Origin: an uncultured Actinomyces sp.
GTDB lineage: Bacteria > Actinomycetota > Actinomycetes > Actinomycetales > Actinomycetaceae
DNA: 64,000 bases
Direction of reading: 5' to 3'
Assembly (NCBI GenBank): GCA_938028585.1
Contig: CALIZH010000382.1
Coordinates: forward strand, 19,221 to 83,220
This document shows positions 54,467-64,000 of the stretch, piece after piece; within the stretch, counting starts at the first letter, position 1; every line of letters starts with the position of its first letter. Both the position numbers and the translations under genes were made by a program. Below the pieces are notes generated by a model. That model did no database searches. It was not told where the DNA came from and saw only the letters and a program-made list of their open reading frames with translations.

Positions 54467-57400
54467 CTATGCGTCGTCCTCATCGTCAGTTGCAGATAGA
54501 CCAGGAATGGTCTGGATGCTGGCGACGAGAGCACGAGTAGCAGCAAAACCATCGGTATCGGTGGCATTCGCGCAAGGAGTGTTATCCTCGCTGGGGACAT
54601 CATCTTCATTCACCACTGTAACAGTGGTTGCGGTATCCTCGTCCTCATTGTCTGTAGAACCGGTCTGCGTCAGCGAGTCAACGATCAGGTTGTAGTCGCT
54701 GAGGATTCGTGCAGACAACGTGACGCCATGAGAGAGGACGAACAGAGAGTTCTTCGCGCGCGTGAACGCGACGTAATAGAGCCTCTTCTTTTCTTCGCTC
54801 ATGTCAGACTGATCCTTGTAGATGACAACAACGTTGTCAAACTCAAGACCCTTGACTCCATGAACAGTGGAGACAATGAGATCAGCCTGTGTTTCCAGGT
54901 TACGGATCTTGCGTTCCTCGTTGTTGCGGTGCATGAGAGCATCGCGAATCGAGTTGTACCGGATCTCGTAATCAAGGATGCACTTCTTCAAGCGATCGAA
55001 GAAGGTCTCCTTGGTGATGATGGCGGATTGGTACTCGTAGACCCATCCTTGGATGGCCGAACCCGATTCAGTCCACCACTCGCTCGCCATCTTTGCCAAG
55101 GCTTGTTGAGCCTGGGCATTGCTGGCGGGGCCTCGTGCAATGATTTCCTTTGCAAACACGTATGCGGCGTTTGCGGGATCCACGGCCTCGATGTCAGACC
55201 AGTACATCTTGATGAACGCCGAGAAGAACGTCGATGCCCGACGCCTGTCTGAGATCATCGAGATGACAGAGCGGCCTGGGAACATCTCTTCCAAGCGCTT
55301 TTGAACAGCAAATGCTTCTCGGCGGGTAAAGGCCAAGAACGCCACCTGTTCACCACGGCTCAGGCAGTCCTGAACATAGGTGTAGGTGTGCTGGGAGAGC
55401 AGCTTAGGAAGATCGGTGATGAACTTTGCATCAGAGGTGTAGTGTTCATGAACGACATGAACCTTGTCCTGGAACGATTGAGCCGTCACCGGAACGAGGG
55501 AGTTTGCACGAAGGCGGATCTGCGCAAGCTGGTTGGCTTCGATTTCGCTCAAGAGGTGGACATTAGCCATGTCCAAAACCTCTTGGTTCGATCGATAGTT
55601 AGTTTCCAGCTTGTAGGGCGTGAAGACACCGGATGCTTCAAGGGCATTCAGGGCCTTCGGGTTTGCCGAACGGAACTCGTAGAGCGTCTGGCTTGCGTCC
55701 CCCACGATGAAAAGTGATGCCTTGAGCTTGCTCACAAGGCGGAGCAGGTAGATGAACTCGAACACCGAGTTATCCTGAACCTCGTCGATGATGAGGTGAC
55801 GGATGTTCAAACCAGTGGGCAGAGGCATCCGATCAATCATCTGATACGCGAGAATGATCTCTAGCTCCAAAGACGTCTGCTTAATGAGGTTCAGAGCGTC
55901 AACGGTTTGCTCAAGGTGTGCCTCGATGAAGTTGTTCAGCGAGGTGTAGGCACCTTGTGCATCACGACCTTCCAACCGACGAAGACGCTGAGAGAATTGA
56001 AGCGCGAAAGCATCGCCGGGCATGTAGATGCCCAGAGAGTTCGCGATCGTTTCAACAGAGCTGAGTTCATGGGTGGGGAAGTAGGTCATGTAGAGATCAT
56101 GGATCATGCGAGCAATGGTCATCGAGCGAACGTTGGGGTTCTTCTTGATGATGTTGTCCGCTGCCGCGTTCGTGAACGACAGCACAGTGATGTCCGAGGG
56201 GGCCACCCCACACAGCGTGAGCTGGTTGATACGAGCAAGGATGACCGTGCTCTTACCAGCGCCTGCACCTGCCTGGGTGATCGACAGAGGTTCGGTCGAG
56301 CACACAGCGGCCTTCTGCTGAGGCGAGAGCTGACCCTGGATCGGAGTGGTTGCCATCGACTGAGGCGCACGCTCCAGTTCATCATGGTGAGATCCAAGCT
56401 CGTGCAAGGTCTCGTTCATCAGCAGGTTCATGTTTTGCTTCATCAGACGCGATGCGGTCTGAGGATCACAGAGCGTGTTGATGGCCGTGTAGACCTCGCG
56501 GTAGGCAGGCAGCGGAACACTGTACTGCTCCATGTAGCGAAGCTGGTAGACCATCTGAGCCAGCTGATCGTCGTTGTAGGTGCGCGTCTTGGGTACAAGA
56601 GCGGCAACAACGTCTCGGATGTCCTCGGCAATACCATTGCTGGTCCACCGCTCGGCGCTGTGAGTAATGTTCTCGTAGACGCTGTAATCAGCGTAGAACT
56701 CAGTGAGCGTATCGATGAAGCCTTTCCTGTGCGAGAGGTCGATACCCATAGCATGGCAAATGGCTTCCCACGGCAGGTCTTCGATATCTTCGACAGGTGC
56801 GTAGCTCCAGTCGGCAACAGCCCACGCCTGGTCTTGAACGCTCATGAGAGCAGAGAGGCTACGGAAGTTGGACGCCGACATGTTCAGCAGGGTGGCGCGA
56901 GTGCGGTAGTCGTCATCCACGCTCAAAACGAGTGAATCGACAGACTCATCGTCCACAGCCATGATGTCTTCGTCGCTTGCCTCGATAAACTCGGGGTCAT
57001 CGATGTCACAAGAGGCGAGATCCTGGTCGCACAGAGTGTCCATCTGAGTTTCCAGGTCGATGGCGTCTTCGTCCTTTACGGGCGGAACGACGTAGAGCAT
57101 CGTGCGGTACGAGAGCGCAAGATCCTTGACCATTTCTCGCCCGCTACGATCTTCGCGCATGACAAGGCCCTGCACGTGGCAGGATGCATAGAGATCGAAG
57201 GTGTAGGTGTCATCAGTCAAGCGCACGGAGAATGCGTTCGCCTCAGAGGGGACGGGAACTTTCATGTAGCCGTATCCCTGCTCATAGGCGCGCCGAACGA
57301 CAGTGCCGATGGGGATAATGTGGCTGGTGACGTTGTTCGAGGTGCGACGTTCCTTGTAGCGAATGTCGGTGCTTCCCATCGTTGCACGATTCAGGCCCAT

Positions 57401-57577
57401 AGGGTACCTGCCGGGGACAACGGAAGAGTTCAGCACGCCTTGCTTCTTGCCCTGGCCGGTCAGAGACGAGGAAAAGAATTTAGGGGTGACAACCTTGATG
57501 GTACGGGCTTTACCTGCCTCAGCAACGGTATTGATCTGAGCGGCTGCGGTATCAATGCTTTCCAAGAGGATGGGCAT
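54467..57577 (-). CDS. UvrD/Rep-like superfamily 1 helicase with long N-terminal extension
   Basis: AGAGAGKS, LSFTNAAA, IIDEVQD, VGDASQTLYEFR, LETNYRS, STVHGVKGLEFDNV, RLYYVAFTRAK. Confidence 0.92.
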   Translation of the reverse strand: MPILLESIDTAAAQINTVAEAGKARTIKVVTPKFFSSSLTGQGKKQGVLNSSVVPGRYPMGLNRATMGSTDIRYKERRTSNNVTSHIIPIGTVVRRAYEQGYGYMKVPVPSEANAFSVRLTDDTYTFDLYASCHVQGLVMREDRSGREMVKDLALSYRTMLYVVPPVKDEDAIDLETQMDTLCDQDLASCDIDDPEFIEASDEDIMAVDDESVDSLVLSVDDDYRTRATLLNMSASNFRSLSALMSVQDQAWAVADWSYAPVEDIEDLPWEAICHAMGIDLSHRKGFIDTLTEFYADYSVYENITHSAERWTSNGIAEDIRDVVAALVPKTRTYNDDQLAQMVYQLRYMEQYSVPLPAYREVYTAINTLCDPQTASRLMKQNMNLLMNETLHELGSHHDELERAPQSMATTPIQGQLSPQQKAAVCSTEPLSITQAGAGAGKSTVILARINQLTLCGVAPSDITVLSFTNAAADNIIKKNPNVRSMTIARMIHDLYMTYFPTHELSSVETIANSLGIYMPGDAFALQFSQRLRRLEGRDAQGAYTSLNNFIEAHLEQTVDALNLIKQTSLELEIILAYQMIDRMPLPTGLNIRHLIIDEVQDNSVFEFIYLLRLVSKLKASLFIVGDASQTLYEFRSANPKALNALEASGVFTPYKLETNYRSNQEVLDMANVHLLSEIEANQLAQIRLRANSLVPVTAQSFQDKVHVVHEHYTSDAKFITDLPKLLSQHTYTYVQDCLSRGEQVAFLAFTRREAFAVQKRLEEMFPGRSVISMISDRRRASTFFSAFIKMYWSDIEAVDPANAAYVFAKEIIARGPASNAQAQQALAKMASEWWTESGSAIQGWVYEYQSAIITKETFFDRLKKCILDYEIRYNSIRDALMHRNNEERKIRNLETQADLIVSTVHGVKGLEFDNVVVIYKDQSDMSEEKKRLYYVAFTRAKNSLFVLSHGVTLSARILSDYNLIVDSLTQTGSTDNEDEDTATTVTVVNEDDVPSEDNTPCANATDTDGFAATRALVASIQTIPGLSATDDEDDA

Positions 57578-57676
57578 GAAAGCCTTCCTTTCTGAATATA
57601 AATGAATGTATAAATAAGCCATCAATCGGCCAGTGATGCTCCTGACCGATTGATGGTGTGGTGAGCGAATAGGCAG

Positions 57677-58330
57677 TTACGCGATTGTGTAACCGACGAT
57701 TTCCATATCATCGCCAGTGTCAGGATCGACGAGCGTTCCCGAATCAGGTAGATCGCTCAGCGGCTGGGTGTAGAGACATCCCTTTTCATCGGTGTAGATG
57801 ATCTGGAGAGACTCAAGGTCTTTGTTGACTTGCGGCTTATGGCCGGTAGACAGATCGTAGAGCGCCAATGCAGCGTCAATCTGCTTCTTCCACGCCGGGG
57901 CCAGCGTGGTGTTAATCAGAACCGAGAGATCGTTCTTGGTGCGAACACCCTCTAACATGTCTGGTGTCGTGCGAAGGTACTTGGCTGCGCGACGACGGCT
58001 GACGGTGGTGATGAGCGGGCCATCGGCTTCATCCTCATGAAGCCAGAACCATCCATTGTCAAGTGCGTACATCGGTGCGCCTGTGTAAGCGTCGGCAAGA
58101 TGGAGTTCCATGAGAGGCTCTAGCCACGGAAATGCCTGTTTAATCTCATCGCATACCTGCCCGCACTTATCGGGATCACAGTTGGCAAGTGGGGTTTGGC
58201 CATCATGGTTGTAATAGACTTCTCCCATGGTGCTTACTCGGTCATTACGAATACCGTAGTGAGCAACGACGGTCGTCAAAGATCCATCAGCTTCGTGAAG
58301 GGTGTATTGAACGGTGCGCATAGTAGTCAT
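57677..58330 (-). CDS. Hypothetical protein (217 aa)
   Basis: AAGGAG RBS; co-oriented with neighbours. Confidence 0.75.
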   Translation of the reverse strand: MTTMRTVQYTLHEADGSLTTVVAHYGIRNDRVSTMGEVYYNHDGQTPLANCDPDKCGQVCDEIKQAFPWLEPLMELHLADAYTGAPMYALDNGWFWLHEDEADGPLITTVSRRRAAKYLRTTPDMLEGVRTKNDLSVLINTTLAPAWKKQIDAALALYDLSTGHKPQVNKDLESLQIIYTDEKGCLYTQPLSDLPDSGTLVDPDTGDDMEIVGYTIA

Positions 58331-58414
58331 TGTGTTCTCCTTGAATACGTATGTTATGAATAGGTGGTTCGCCCACGAGGGGTGAATTCACGTGGGCGAA
58401 CCGTATGCGCTCTG

Positions 58415-60253
58415 TTAGTTTGCCGCCTGAGCAAGCAGCATGTCTTCGATCAGAGCGCGAATGGCGCGGATGGCCGGGCGTGCGCCCTGGTCAACGAGCC
58501 ATGTCTCATCGATCAATTGAGCGATGGTGTCATTATCGATTGCGTCAAAGCTCAGGTCTGGCCTCTCGGCACAGATACGCTTTACTTGGCGATCGTATTC
58601 ATCGCGCAAGATTTGTGCATAATCGTCGGCATCTAGAGGCATGAAAGCGATGAGATCATCGAAGCGTCCAAGCAGCTCTGCGTCAAAACTCTTTTGGAGT
58701 TCTTTGGTCAAAGACTGCTTGCTCACGGAGTGCTTATGATCTCCGAAGCCCATCTGGGAGCCAGAGAGCTTCTGTCTGCCCGCATTAGTCGTTGCAATGA
58801 CGATGCAACGCGATAGATCAACGGCTGGACCGTTTGCCATCTGAATTTCGCCGGTATCCAGAGCAGAGAGGAAAAGTCGCTGCACTGACATATCGGCCTT
58901 CTCAAACTCATCAAGGACGATTACGCGGTAGGGGTTCGATGCCAAGGTATCGAAAGGTCGTTCCTTGGCGCTGTCCGAACCGACGTAGCCGGTTGGGGAG
59001 CCGATGATGCGATTGATCGATGCCGAGTCGTGGTACTCAGCCATGTTGAGGATGATGGGCTTTTGCCCAGTGACCATAGATGAGATGATCGTGGCTGTTT
59101 CCGACTTGCCGACCCCGGATGCCCCGGCGAAAAGCCATGAGGTGGGGCGAGTGCTCGGGAAGATGTTCAGCTCGCGTCTACGCAAAGCGTCGACAATGCG
59201 AGGAAGAACCTCTTCTTGACCCCTGAGCCTGGATAGCTCTGTTTGGAGAGCTGTCACATCAAGGTGTGGGGGCTGGGATTGTCCCGTGACAAGAAGCATG
59301 GCGATTGTGTTCAGTCGCTTAGCCGTCAACGGGGTGTGAGTAATCTGCTGGAGCATCTGTGCGCTCGTCGTGTTCCCAGAAGCGAGAGCTTCCTGGATCG
59401 CCGCGTGGTGGCTAATGACGGAATGGCTCAGTGCTCGGTCGAGAAGCGTAATCGCCGTATCAGGGCGGTGTCCTGTGCTCATGAGACGATCGGCTGTCAT
59501 GACGATTTCATCAAGGACGTCGGGGGCGACTGTGACCTTATTCTGATAGTGGCCCAGCATACCGGGCAGCACAATGTCAAGGATTTCTCGGGTCTGCTCG
59601 CGGGTGAGTTCATCGACGATGACAGACGAGAAACGGCGCTTGAACGCCGGGTCGTCATCGAGTTTCTTCGCTTCACCCATGGTCGTTGCGGCGATCACGC
59701 GGATGCATCCTCGGGCCATAGCAGGCTTGAGGATCTGTGCGATCTTGGCGTAGGTCGTATTGTTGCTGTCTGCAATGAGGTGAATCTCATCGATAAAGAG
59801 CAACGCGTCGTTGTTTGCATCCTGTGCAAACTTGATGATCTCGGTGATGCGGTTTTCCAGATCACCGACAACACCTGCGCCTGCAACGAGAGTTGCAATC
59901 GGCAGTTCGTAGATCGTCGTGTTTGCAAGCTGCGGGGGCACAGAAGCTTCTTTATTAGCGATGCGTCTGGCGATCTCTTCGACAATCGCCGTCTTGCCCA
60001 CTCCGGCTGGGCCAACGAGTAGAGCGTTCGGCTTGCGAGAGGACGAGATAATGCTCATGGTCTGGGTGACGATCTCATCACGGAAAAGAGCAGGTGTGGC
60101 GCTCTTGTATGTCTCGTTGTAGTTAATGAGCATATCGTTAATGTCAGAGCCGCCTGTCAGAAGTGGGCCGAGCAAGGACGATAGAGGGATGTTCGATCCC
60201 CCAGTGCCGGGGTTGCCGCCGATGTCTGTGGGTGTAAAGTTTGACAGGCCCAT
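58415..60253 (-). CDS. Second ClpA/ClpB-family double AAA+ ATPase, intein-free, lacking the Clp N-domain
   Basis: GPAGVGKT, LFIDEIH, DPAFKRRF, PDTAITLLD, GASGVGKS, GSPTGYVG, LDEFEKA, ELLGRFD, GARP. Confidence 0.92.
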   Translation of the reverse strand: MGLSNFTPTDIGGNPGTGGSNIPLSSLLGPLLTGGSDINDMLINYNETYKSATPALFRDEIVTQTMSIISSSRKPNALLVGPAGVGKTAIVEEIARRIANKEASVPPQLANTTIYELPIATLVAGAGVVGDLENRITEIIKFAQDANNDALLFIDEIHLIADSNNTTYAKIAQILKPAMARGCIRVIAATTMGEAKKLDDDPAFKRRFSSVIVDELTREQTREILDIVLPGMLGHYQNKVTVAPDVLDEIVMTADRLMSTGHRPDTAITLLDRALSHSVISHHAAIQEALASGNTTSAQMLQQITHTPLTAKRLNTIAMLLVTGQSQPPHLDVTALQTELSRLRGQEEVLPRIVDALRRRELNIFPSTRPTSWLFAGASGVGKSETATIISSMVTGQKPIILNMAEYHDSASINRIIGSPTGYVGSDSAKERPFDTLASNPYRVIVLDEFEKADMSVQRLFLSALDTGEIQMANGPAVDLSRCIVIATTNAGRQKLSGSQMGFGDHKHSVSKQSLTKELQKSFDAELLGRFDDLIAFMPLDADDYAQILRDEYDRQVKRICAERPDLSFDAIDNDTIAQLIDETWLVDQGARPAIRAIRALIEDMLLAQAAN

Positions 60254-60355
60254 AGGGGCCTCCTTTCACGTGAATAAAGAGATATGAATAGGCCCTTCCT
60301 TCTCCAGGTGGTTAGCCCAGAGAAGGAAGGGGTGAGCAGATTGGTGTGATTCGAA

Positions 60356-62053
60356 TCAGTTGGTCATACCAAGGATTCGAGACCCCGTACTCGGATCGAT
60401 CTTTTCCATCGAACGGACAAAGCTCATGGCGCTGTTACGCAACGATGAGTAGTACCCAGATGGAACAGAGATCGGAACGTAGTACAGATTTTCTGGGACA
60501 TCGATGTGGTATGACCCAGGCCACCACTCAAAGTCAGTGATCACCAGGTTCAAACGGCGCCTTAGAGTGGGGTGTTCGTTGATGAAGGTGTAAATCTGCT
60601 CGTAGTCGGTTCCACCGGAAACCTTCGGCACAGCCGCGAACTGCTTCCACACCTGGTTTACCGGGCGGTCTTTGATACGAAGACGCACAGGAGTGGACAT
60701 GATGTGTGAGAAGCTCGTGAAGTACAGATCAACGCCCATTTTCTTGGCGAAAGTGATGAGCATCTTGATCGTATCTTCGTAGTTTTCGGTGGAGATAGAC
60801 CCTGACGTATCAAGGTAAATGTGAATGTCGGGTAGGTATTTACGCGAAATGACCTTACCTGGCTTGTTCGGATCATTAGGCTGACGCCGGTTGGCCCTGA
60901 CGAAACTCGTCGTCACATTGCGAATCGAGTTCAACGATTGGTTGACCTTGGACATACGAGTGAGCACGCGCATGACAGACTTGTAGATGTCAACAGGGCG
61001 TGTTGGGCGCTTGTGGAATACCACGCGACCGCTGCGACCCTTTTGTTGGTGCGCGTTAGACAAGCTGTTTGCAGCTTGGGCTGATGCCTTTTGCTGCGCA
61101 CGGGCGAGAGCCGTGAGCTTGCTCAACTGTCCTGGGGTGACGAGCTTAACGGGAGTGTGCAACGACTTGTTGATCAGTTCCCACTCGTTAATGATCTTGC
61201 GCATGGATGCTCGCGCATGAGCCTCCACGTTGACGAGAACTAGGGTTCGAGGTAGAACCATCTCAGCGATGCTGAATGGGAGAACGCCACATGTCTGGGG
61301 CGCGCCCGCCTGGGGAGCATTGTTGTGAGTCCATGTCATGAGTGCCCACATGAGTACACGTGCGAACGAGTACTCATCCAGTGCCTGTGAGTCATCTGCT
61401 CGCAAGATGAGCGATTCGGTCAGATCGGTGAGTGTGAGCGCATCGAACTGCTGGAACATCCGCATATCAGAGGTGCTGATATTGGATGCAATCTTGGTGA
61501 GTTCACCTTGGAGCCATGCCTTGAACGCATCGAATTCAGCGCTGGTGCGGAACCAGAACCCCACGGTGTGTGGGTGGAAAGTCCAACCCAAGGACACCAG
61601 GAGAAGGTCTGTTCCGGCGTTGCCCGCAAGTACGTCCTTAACAGCCGGGATCACGTCGGATTGCGTGGTGTACAGAGCTTTGCTCGGGTCAGGGAGCTTG
61701 CACGTGGCAGCAGCCTGGGTGATGAAGGCTTCATCGACAGGTGACGATGCCGAGGGGATCCACCTGGTGAGAGCCTGCTCAAAGAGCGTGTTCATCACTT
61801 CCTGGGCCACAGGGTCCAGAACCTCACCAACAGATCGAAGCAGAAGCTCGTTTGCGCCATCGCGGTCGATCGGTTGGCCGTTGACGCTGAGAGCGACAGC
61901 CTGGTTTGGACTGAGCGGCTCGAAGATCGCGTGGGTCACCATAGCGTCGAGAGTTGCCATAGGGTCGCAATCTCCGGTGAAAGCGGGAATCGCGTTGTAC
62001 GGGTTAAGATGACCTGGCTTTTGTCCAATGAGGCTAACGGGGATCGTAGCCAT
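60356..62053 (-). CDS. vWA (MIDAS) domain protein, probable MoxR partner
   Basis: YLDTSGSIS, GGTDY, VITDFE in the C-terminal domain. Confidence 0.85.
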   Translation of the reverse strand: MATIPVSLIGQKPGHLNPYNAIPAFTGDCDPMATLDAMVTHAIFEPLSPNQAVALSVNGQPIDRDGANELLLRSVGEVLDPVAQEVMNTLFEQALTRWIPSASSPVDEAFITQAAATCKLPDPSKALYTTQSDVIPAVKDVLAGNAGTDLLLVSLGWTFHPHTVGFWFRTSAEFDAFKAWLQGELTKIASNISTSDMRMFQQFDALTLTDLTESLILRADDSQALDEYSFARVLMWALMTWTHNNAPQAGAPQTCGVLPFSIAEMVLPRTLVLVNVEAHARASMRKIINEWELINKSLHTPVKLVTPGQLSKLTALARAQQKASAQAANSLSNAHQQKGRSGRVVFHKRPTRPVDIYKSVMRVLTRMSKVNQSLNSIRNVTTSFVRANRRQPNDPNKPGKVISRKYLPDIHIYLDTSGSISTENYEDTIKMLITFAKKMGVDLYFTSFSHIMSTPVRLRIKDRPVNQVWKQFAAVPKVSGGTDYEQIYTFINEHPTLRRRLNLVITDFEWWPGSYHIDVPENLYYVPISVPSGYYSSLRNSAMSFVRSMEKIDPSTGSRILGMTN

Positions 62054-62154
62054 TGATGCCCCTTTCTATGAATATATCGGGTATGTGTCGTATTCGGTGC
62101 AACTGTCGGAGAACAGGGCAGTTACACCGAATACGATCGGTGTGCACAAAAGAC

Positions 62155-63402
62155 TCAGTCGCCCAGGCCCATAGCCACGAGAGTGGGCGTAATGGCCTGA
62201 GCAAAGCCAGTGCTCAGCCCAGTGAAAACTCGGCAGTTATGGGAGTTCAGTGCACCGGATGACCACAGGGTGATGAGATCATTCAAGTGGTTCTTTTCCA
62301 GACGGCTCAAGCGGTCGTTCAGAGCCTGAATGATCACGGTATTGTCATCGCGCTCGTAGAGAGCAAAAACAAGGCATCCCGATGCGTCGTTATCGGTCAT
62401 TGTTGAAATGACCTGAGTAACGTCGTCGATGCTCGTGGTGGCGGCAGCCTTCAAGGTATCGTAGATACGCGGCTTGACTACGCGCTGAGCGCCTGTCTGG
62501 GTCGTGCCCTTGCTCAGTTCTTCGCTGATCACACCCATCAGGAGCGTGGTGAAAGACGTGTGTCCGGTCAGACCTTCAATGGTTTCTTGAAGGTAGGAGA
62601 CATGTCGTCCGTCGCGAGTGGTTGCAGCGGTTGCCATGAAACTCATGAGCTTTTCGGTCGATAGAGCTGTGAGATAACGCGAGACACCATCGATGGTACG
62701 AGGGGTGGCGAAAGGCCGGATTTCCTCGGATCCGTCGAACAGGTCAAAGACGGAAACAGTAGCGTTTTCGTCGTCGTCATCGGATCCTTCGACAGCCTGC
62801 TGATCATCAACGTTCTTGACGAAGATCGTTTCCGGGTGCTTCTCCAAGACCATCTTGACCCACGGGTGAAGATTGTCCCCAAGGACATCGATCAGGGTAT
62901 GGGCGTCAGGCTCAACGTTGATGATAGCGAAACGTGAAACGGACGCATCATCAAGAGCGGTGACATTACCCTTATCGTTGCCTGCAACAATAATGCGTAG
63001 GTTCTTCGGCAAAGCCTTGTCACCGATACGACGAAGCGTCACGAGGGTCAAGGTACCCGAGGTGACATCAGAGGTCGTACGGTTGATTTCATCCAAGAAC
63101 AAGATCGGCTGTTCGTTGGGGTTGTTCTCGGCGTAGTGGATTGCCTGGCTGATGACGGAGTGAGGGAAGAACTTCTGCGACCATTCTCCGGTAGATTCAT
63201 TGAGAACAAGGCGTGCACCTGTGAGGTCAGCCTTGTCAGCCAGCAAGTTACACGGAAGGGTGAAGCATGTGGTGTTCGTTCGGCGGGCAACGTCTTCGAC
63301 GAAGGATGACTTGCCGATACCGGGTTCGCCCATCAGGGCAGGAACCAAACCTGCTTCAAGCAACAAAATAGTGTTGTCAACGAGATTCTCGTCAAACTTC
63401 AT
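62155..63402 (-). CDS. MoxR/AAA_5-family ATPase
   Basis: GEPGIGKS, DLTG, LFLDEINR, IIVAGN, LDDASVSRF, TPRT; start ATG 63402 after AGGAGG. Confidence 0.88.
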   Translation of the reverse strand: MKFDENLVDNTILLLEAGLVPALMGEPGIGKSSFVEDVARRTNTTCFTLPCNLLADKADLTGARLVLNESTGEWSQKFFPHSVISQAIHYAENNPNEQPILFLDEINRTTSDVTSGTLTLVTLRRIGDKALPKNLRIIVAGNDKGNVTALDDASVSRFAIINVEPDAHTLIDVLGDNLHPWVKMVLEKHPETIFVKNVDDQQAVEGSDDDDENATVSVFDLFDGSEEIRPFATPRTIDGVSRYLTALSTEKLMSFMATAATTRDGRHVSYLQETIEGLTGHTSFTTLLMGVISEELSKGTTQTGAQRVVKPRIYDTLKAAATTSIDDVTQVISTMTDNDASGCLVFALYERDDNTVIIQALNDRLSRLEKNHLNDLITLWSSGALNSHNCRVFTGLSTGFAQAITPTLVAMGLGD

Positions 63403-63601
63403 GGTGGGTACCTCCTGAATAAAAAGGAATTGAACAGAGAACCAGGCAGCGCCGTCAGGCTGTCTGGTTCTGTCGAATAGATCTCGGGCCGTACTTTGTA
63501 CGGCTTGCTTTTGGAACAACCAGGTGTGCGGTCTGCACAAAACCCTGGTTTTCCAATATAATAGTAGTAATCATGCAACGCATATCACGAAAGGATGCAC
63601 A

Positions 63602-64000
63602 ATGAGGGGAACGTATCATATCGCTGGTGGATTGGCGATGCTCGGACTAGGCCGAGCCTGCGTCACCGTAGGTGAGCACATAGGCCAATCTCAGGTGATG
63701 ATCGATTCTGGTGAACCCTCATGGATGAGCAATGCGTTGGATACGGTGAGTGGAGTAGTGCAGCTCGGGAGCACATGGCTCCATCAGATGTTTATCCCAT
63801 CTGATGATCAATGGCTGACAAGCGTCGTCATTGGGTTACCACTGTTTATCATTGGAACGGTGCTCCCTGACATTGATCTGCCCGACTCGCTTGCGGGTCG
63901 TTTCATGCCCTGGGGGACGCTGCTGCGCTCGCCTGAGTCACGCGCGGATGCAACCTCACCTCTGAACCATAGAGGGTGGACACATACGCTCTGGGTGCTT
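63602..64000 (+). CDS. YdjM-like membrane-bound metal-dependent hydrolase (5' part; runs off the window)
   Basis: Own translation: MRGTYH..GTVLPDIDLPDS..NHRGWTHTLW; GAAAGGA RBS. Confidence 0.8.
   Translation, partial: MRGTYHIAGGLAMLGLGRACVTVGEHIGQSQVMIDSGEPSWMSNALDTVSGVVQLGSTWLHQMFIPSDDQWLTSVVIGLPLFIIGTVLPDIDLPDSLAGRFMPWGTLLRSPESRADATSPLNHRGWTHTLWVL

Larger units (their letters stand above)
1..64000. mobile_element. Segment of a large conjugative element (megaplasmid/ICE), probably actinobacterial; boundaries lie outside the window
   Basis: Relaxase, VirD4, VirB4/VirB6/VirB1-like genes, topoisomerase IA, HU, tRNA array and TA-type genes; no host core genes and no phage capsid/terminase recognised. 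Confidence 0.88.

Noticed and set aside
62155..63540. Longer 461-aa start for the MoxR gene, and upstream-extended starts for ORFs 7223, 10520, 16499, 20673 and 57625
   Set aside because: Better RBS-associated downstream starts exist; the extensions run through hairpins, promoters or neighbouring genes
1..64000. Interpretation as a prophage or jumbo phage (RNAP, tRNAs, tail-type lysozyme, class 3 inteins, MoxR/vWA)
   Set aside because: No capsid, portal, terminase or tail genes recognised, while relaxase, VirD4 and T4SS-like membrane genes are present; a phage module outside the window cannot be excluded
1..64000. CRISPR array, rRNA, IS/transposase, integrase, rep/iterons
   Set aside because: No regularly spaced direct repeats or recognisable motifs for any of these were seen

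Overview
The whole window appears to be part of a very large conjugative mobile element (megaplasmid or ICE), probably from an actinobacterium given the GC-rich codons, AAAGGA-type RBSs and an LAxTG sortase substrate. No host housekeeping genes, replication initiator or integrase are recognisable. From left to right it contains: (1) the end of a minus-strand tRNA array (Leu-CAA, Pro-TGG, Tyr-GTA) with a highly structured 325-nt spacer, plus small accessory genes (EndA-type nuclease, Panacea antitoxin, SLOG protein); (2) a ~33 kb plus-strand transfer region with an RHH protein, a nuclease-methyltransferase fusion, topoisomerase IA, a VirB4-like protein lacking Walker motifs, VirB6-like, pilin-like, lysozyme-CHAP and VirB8-like proteins, a MobL relaxase, a Clp-type AAA+ ATPase with a class 3-type intein in each Walker A loop, and a VirD4 coupling protein; (3) a Zn-finger/Vsr-like nuclease, an HNH protein and a sortase-anchored surface protein; (4) an 1817-aa single-chain two-barrel RNA polymerase (beta-like then beta'-like motifs, intact DFDGD), followed by two paralogous repeat proteins, two unknown proteins and HU; (5) a minus-strand block with MoxR AAA, vWA, a second Clp ATPase, a UvrD-like helicase and MazF-like/Panacea genes. 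The most striking observation is that the RNA polymerase, its neighbours, the relaxase and both relaxase-flanking proteins end in similar acidic/hydrophobic C-terminal tails (DDGFEL, DGGFEL, EASFEL, DDIELG, DEEPEF, NDEPEF). This suggests, as an untested inference, a conjugation system that delivers its own RNA polymerase into recipient cells. Two recurring cis-motifs were also found: TGRTRYAC just downstream of -10 boxes, and a hairpin + TATTCA + RBS unit. All protein assignments come from motif recognition by eye, not from database searches.
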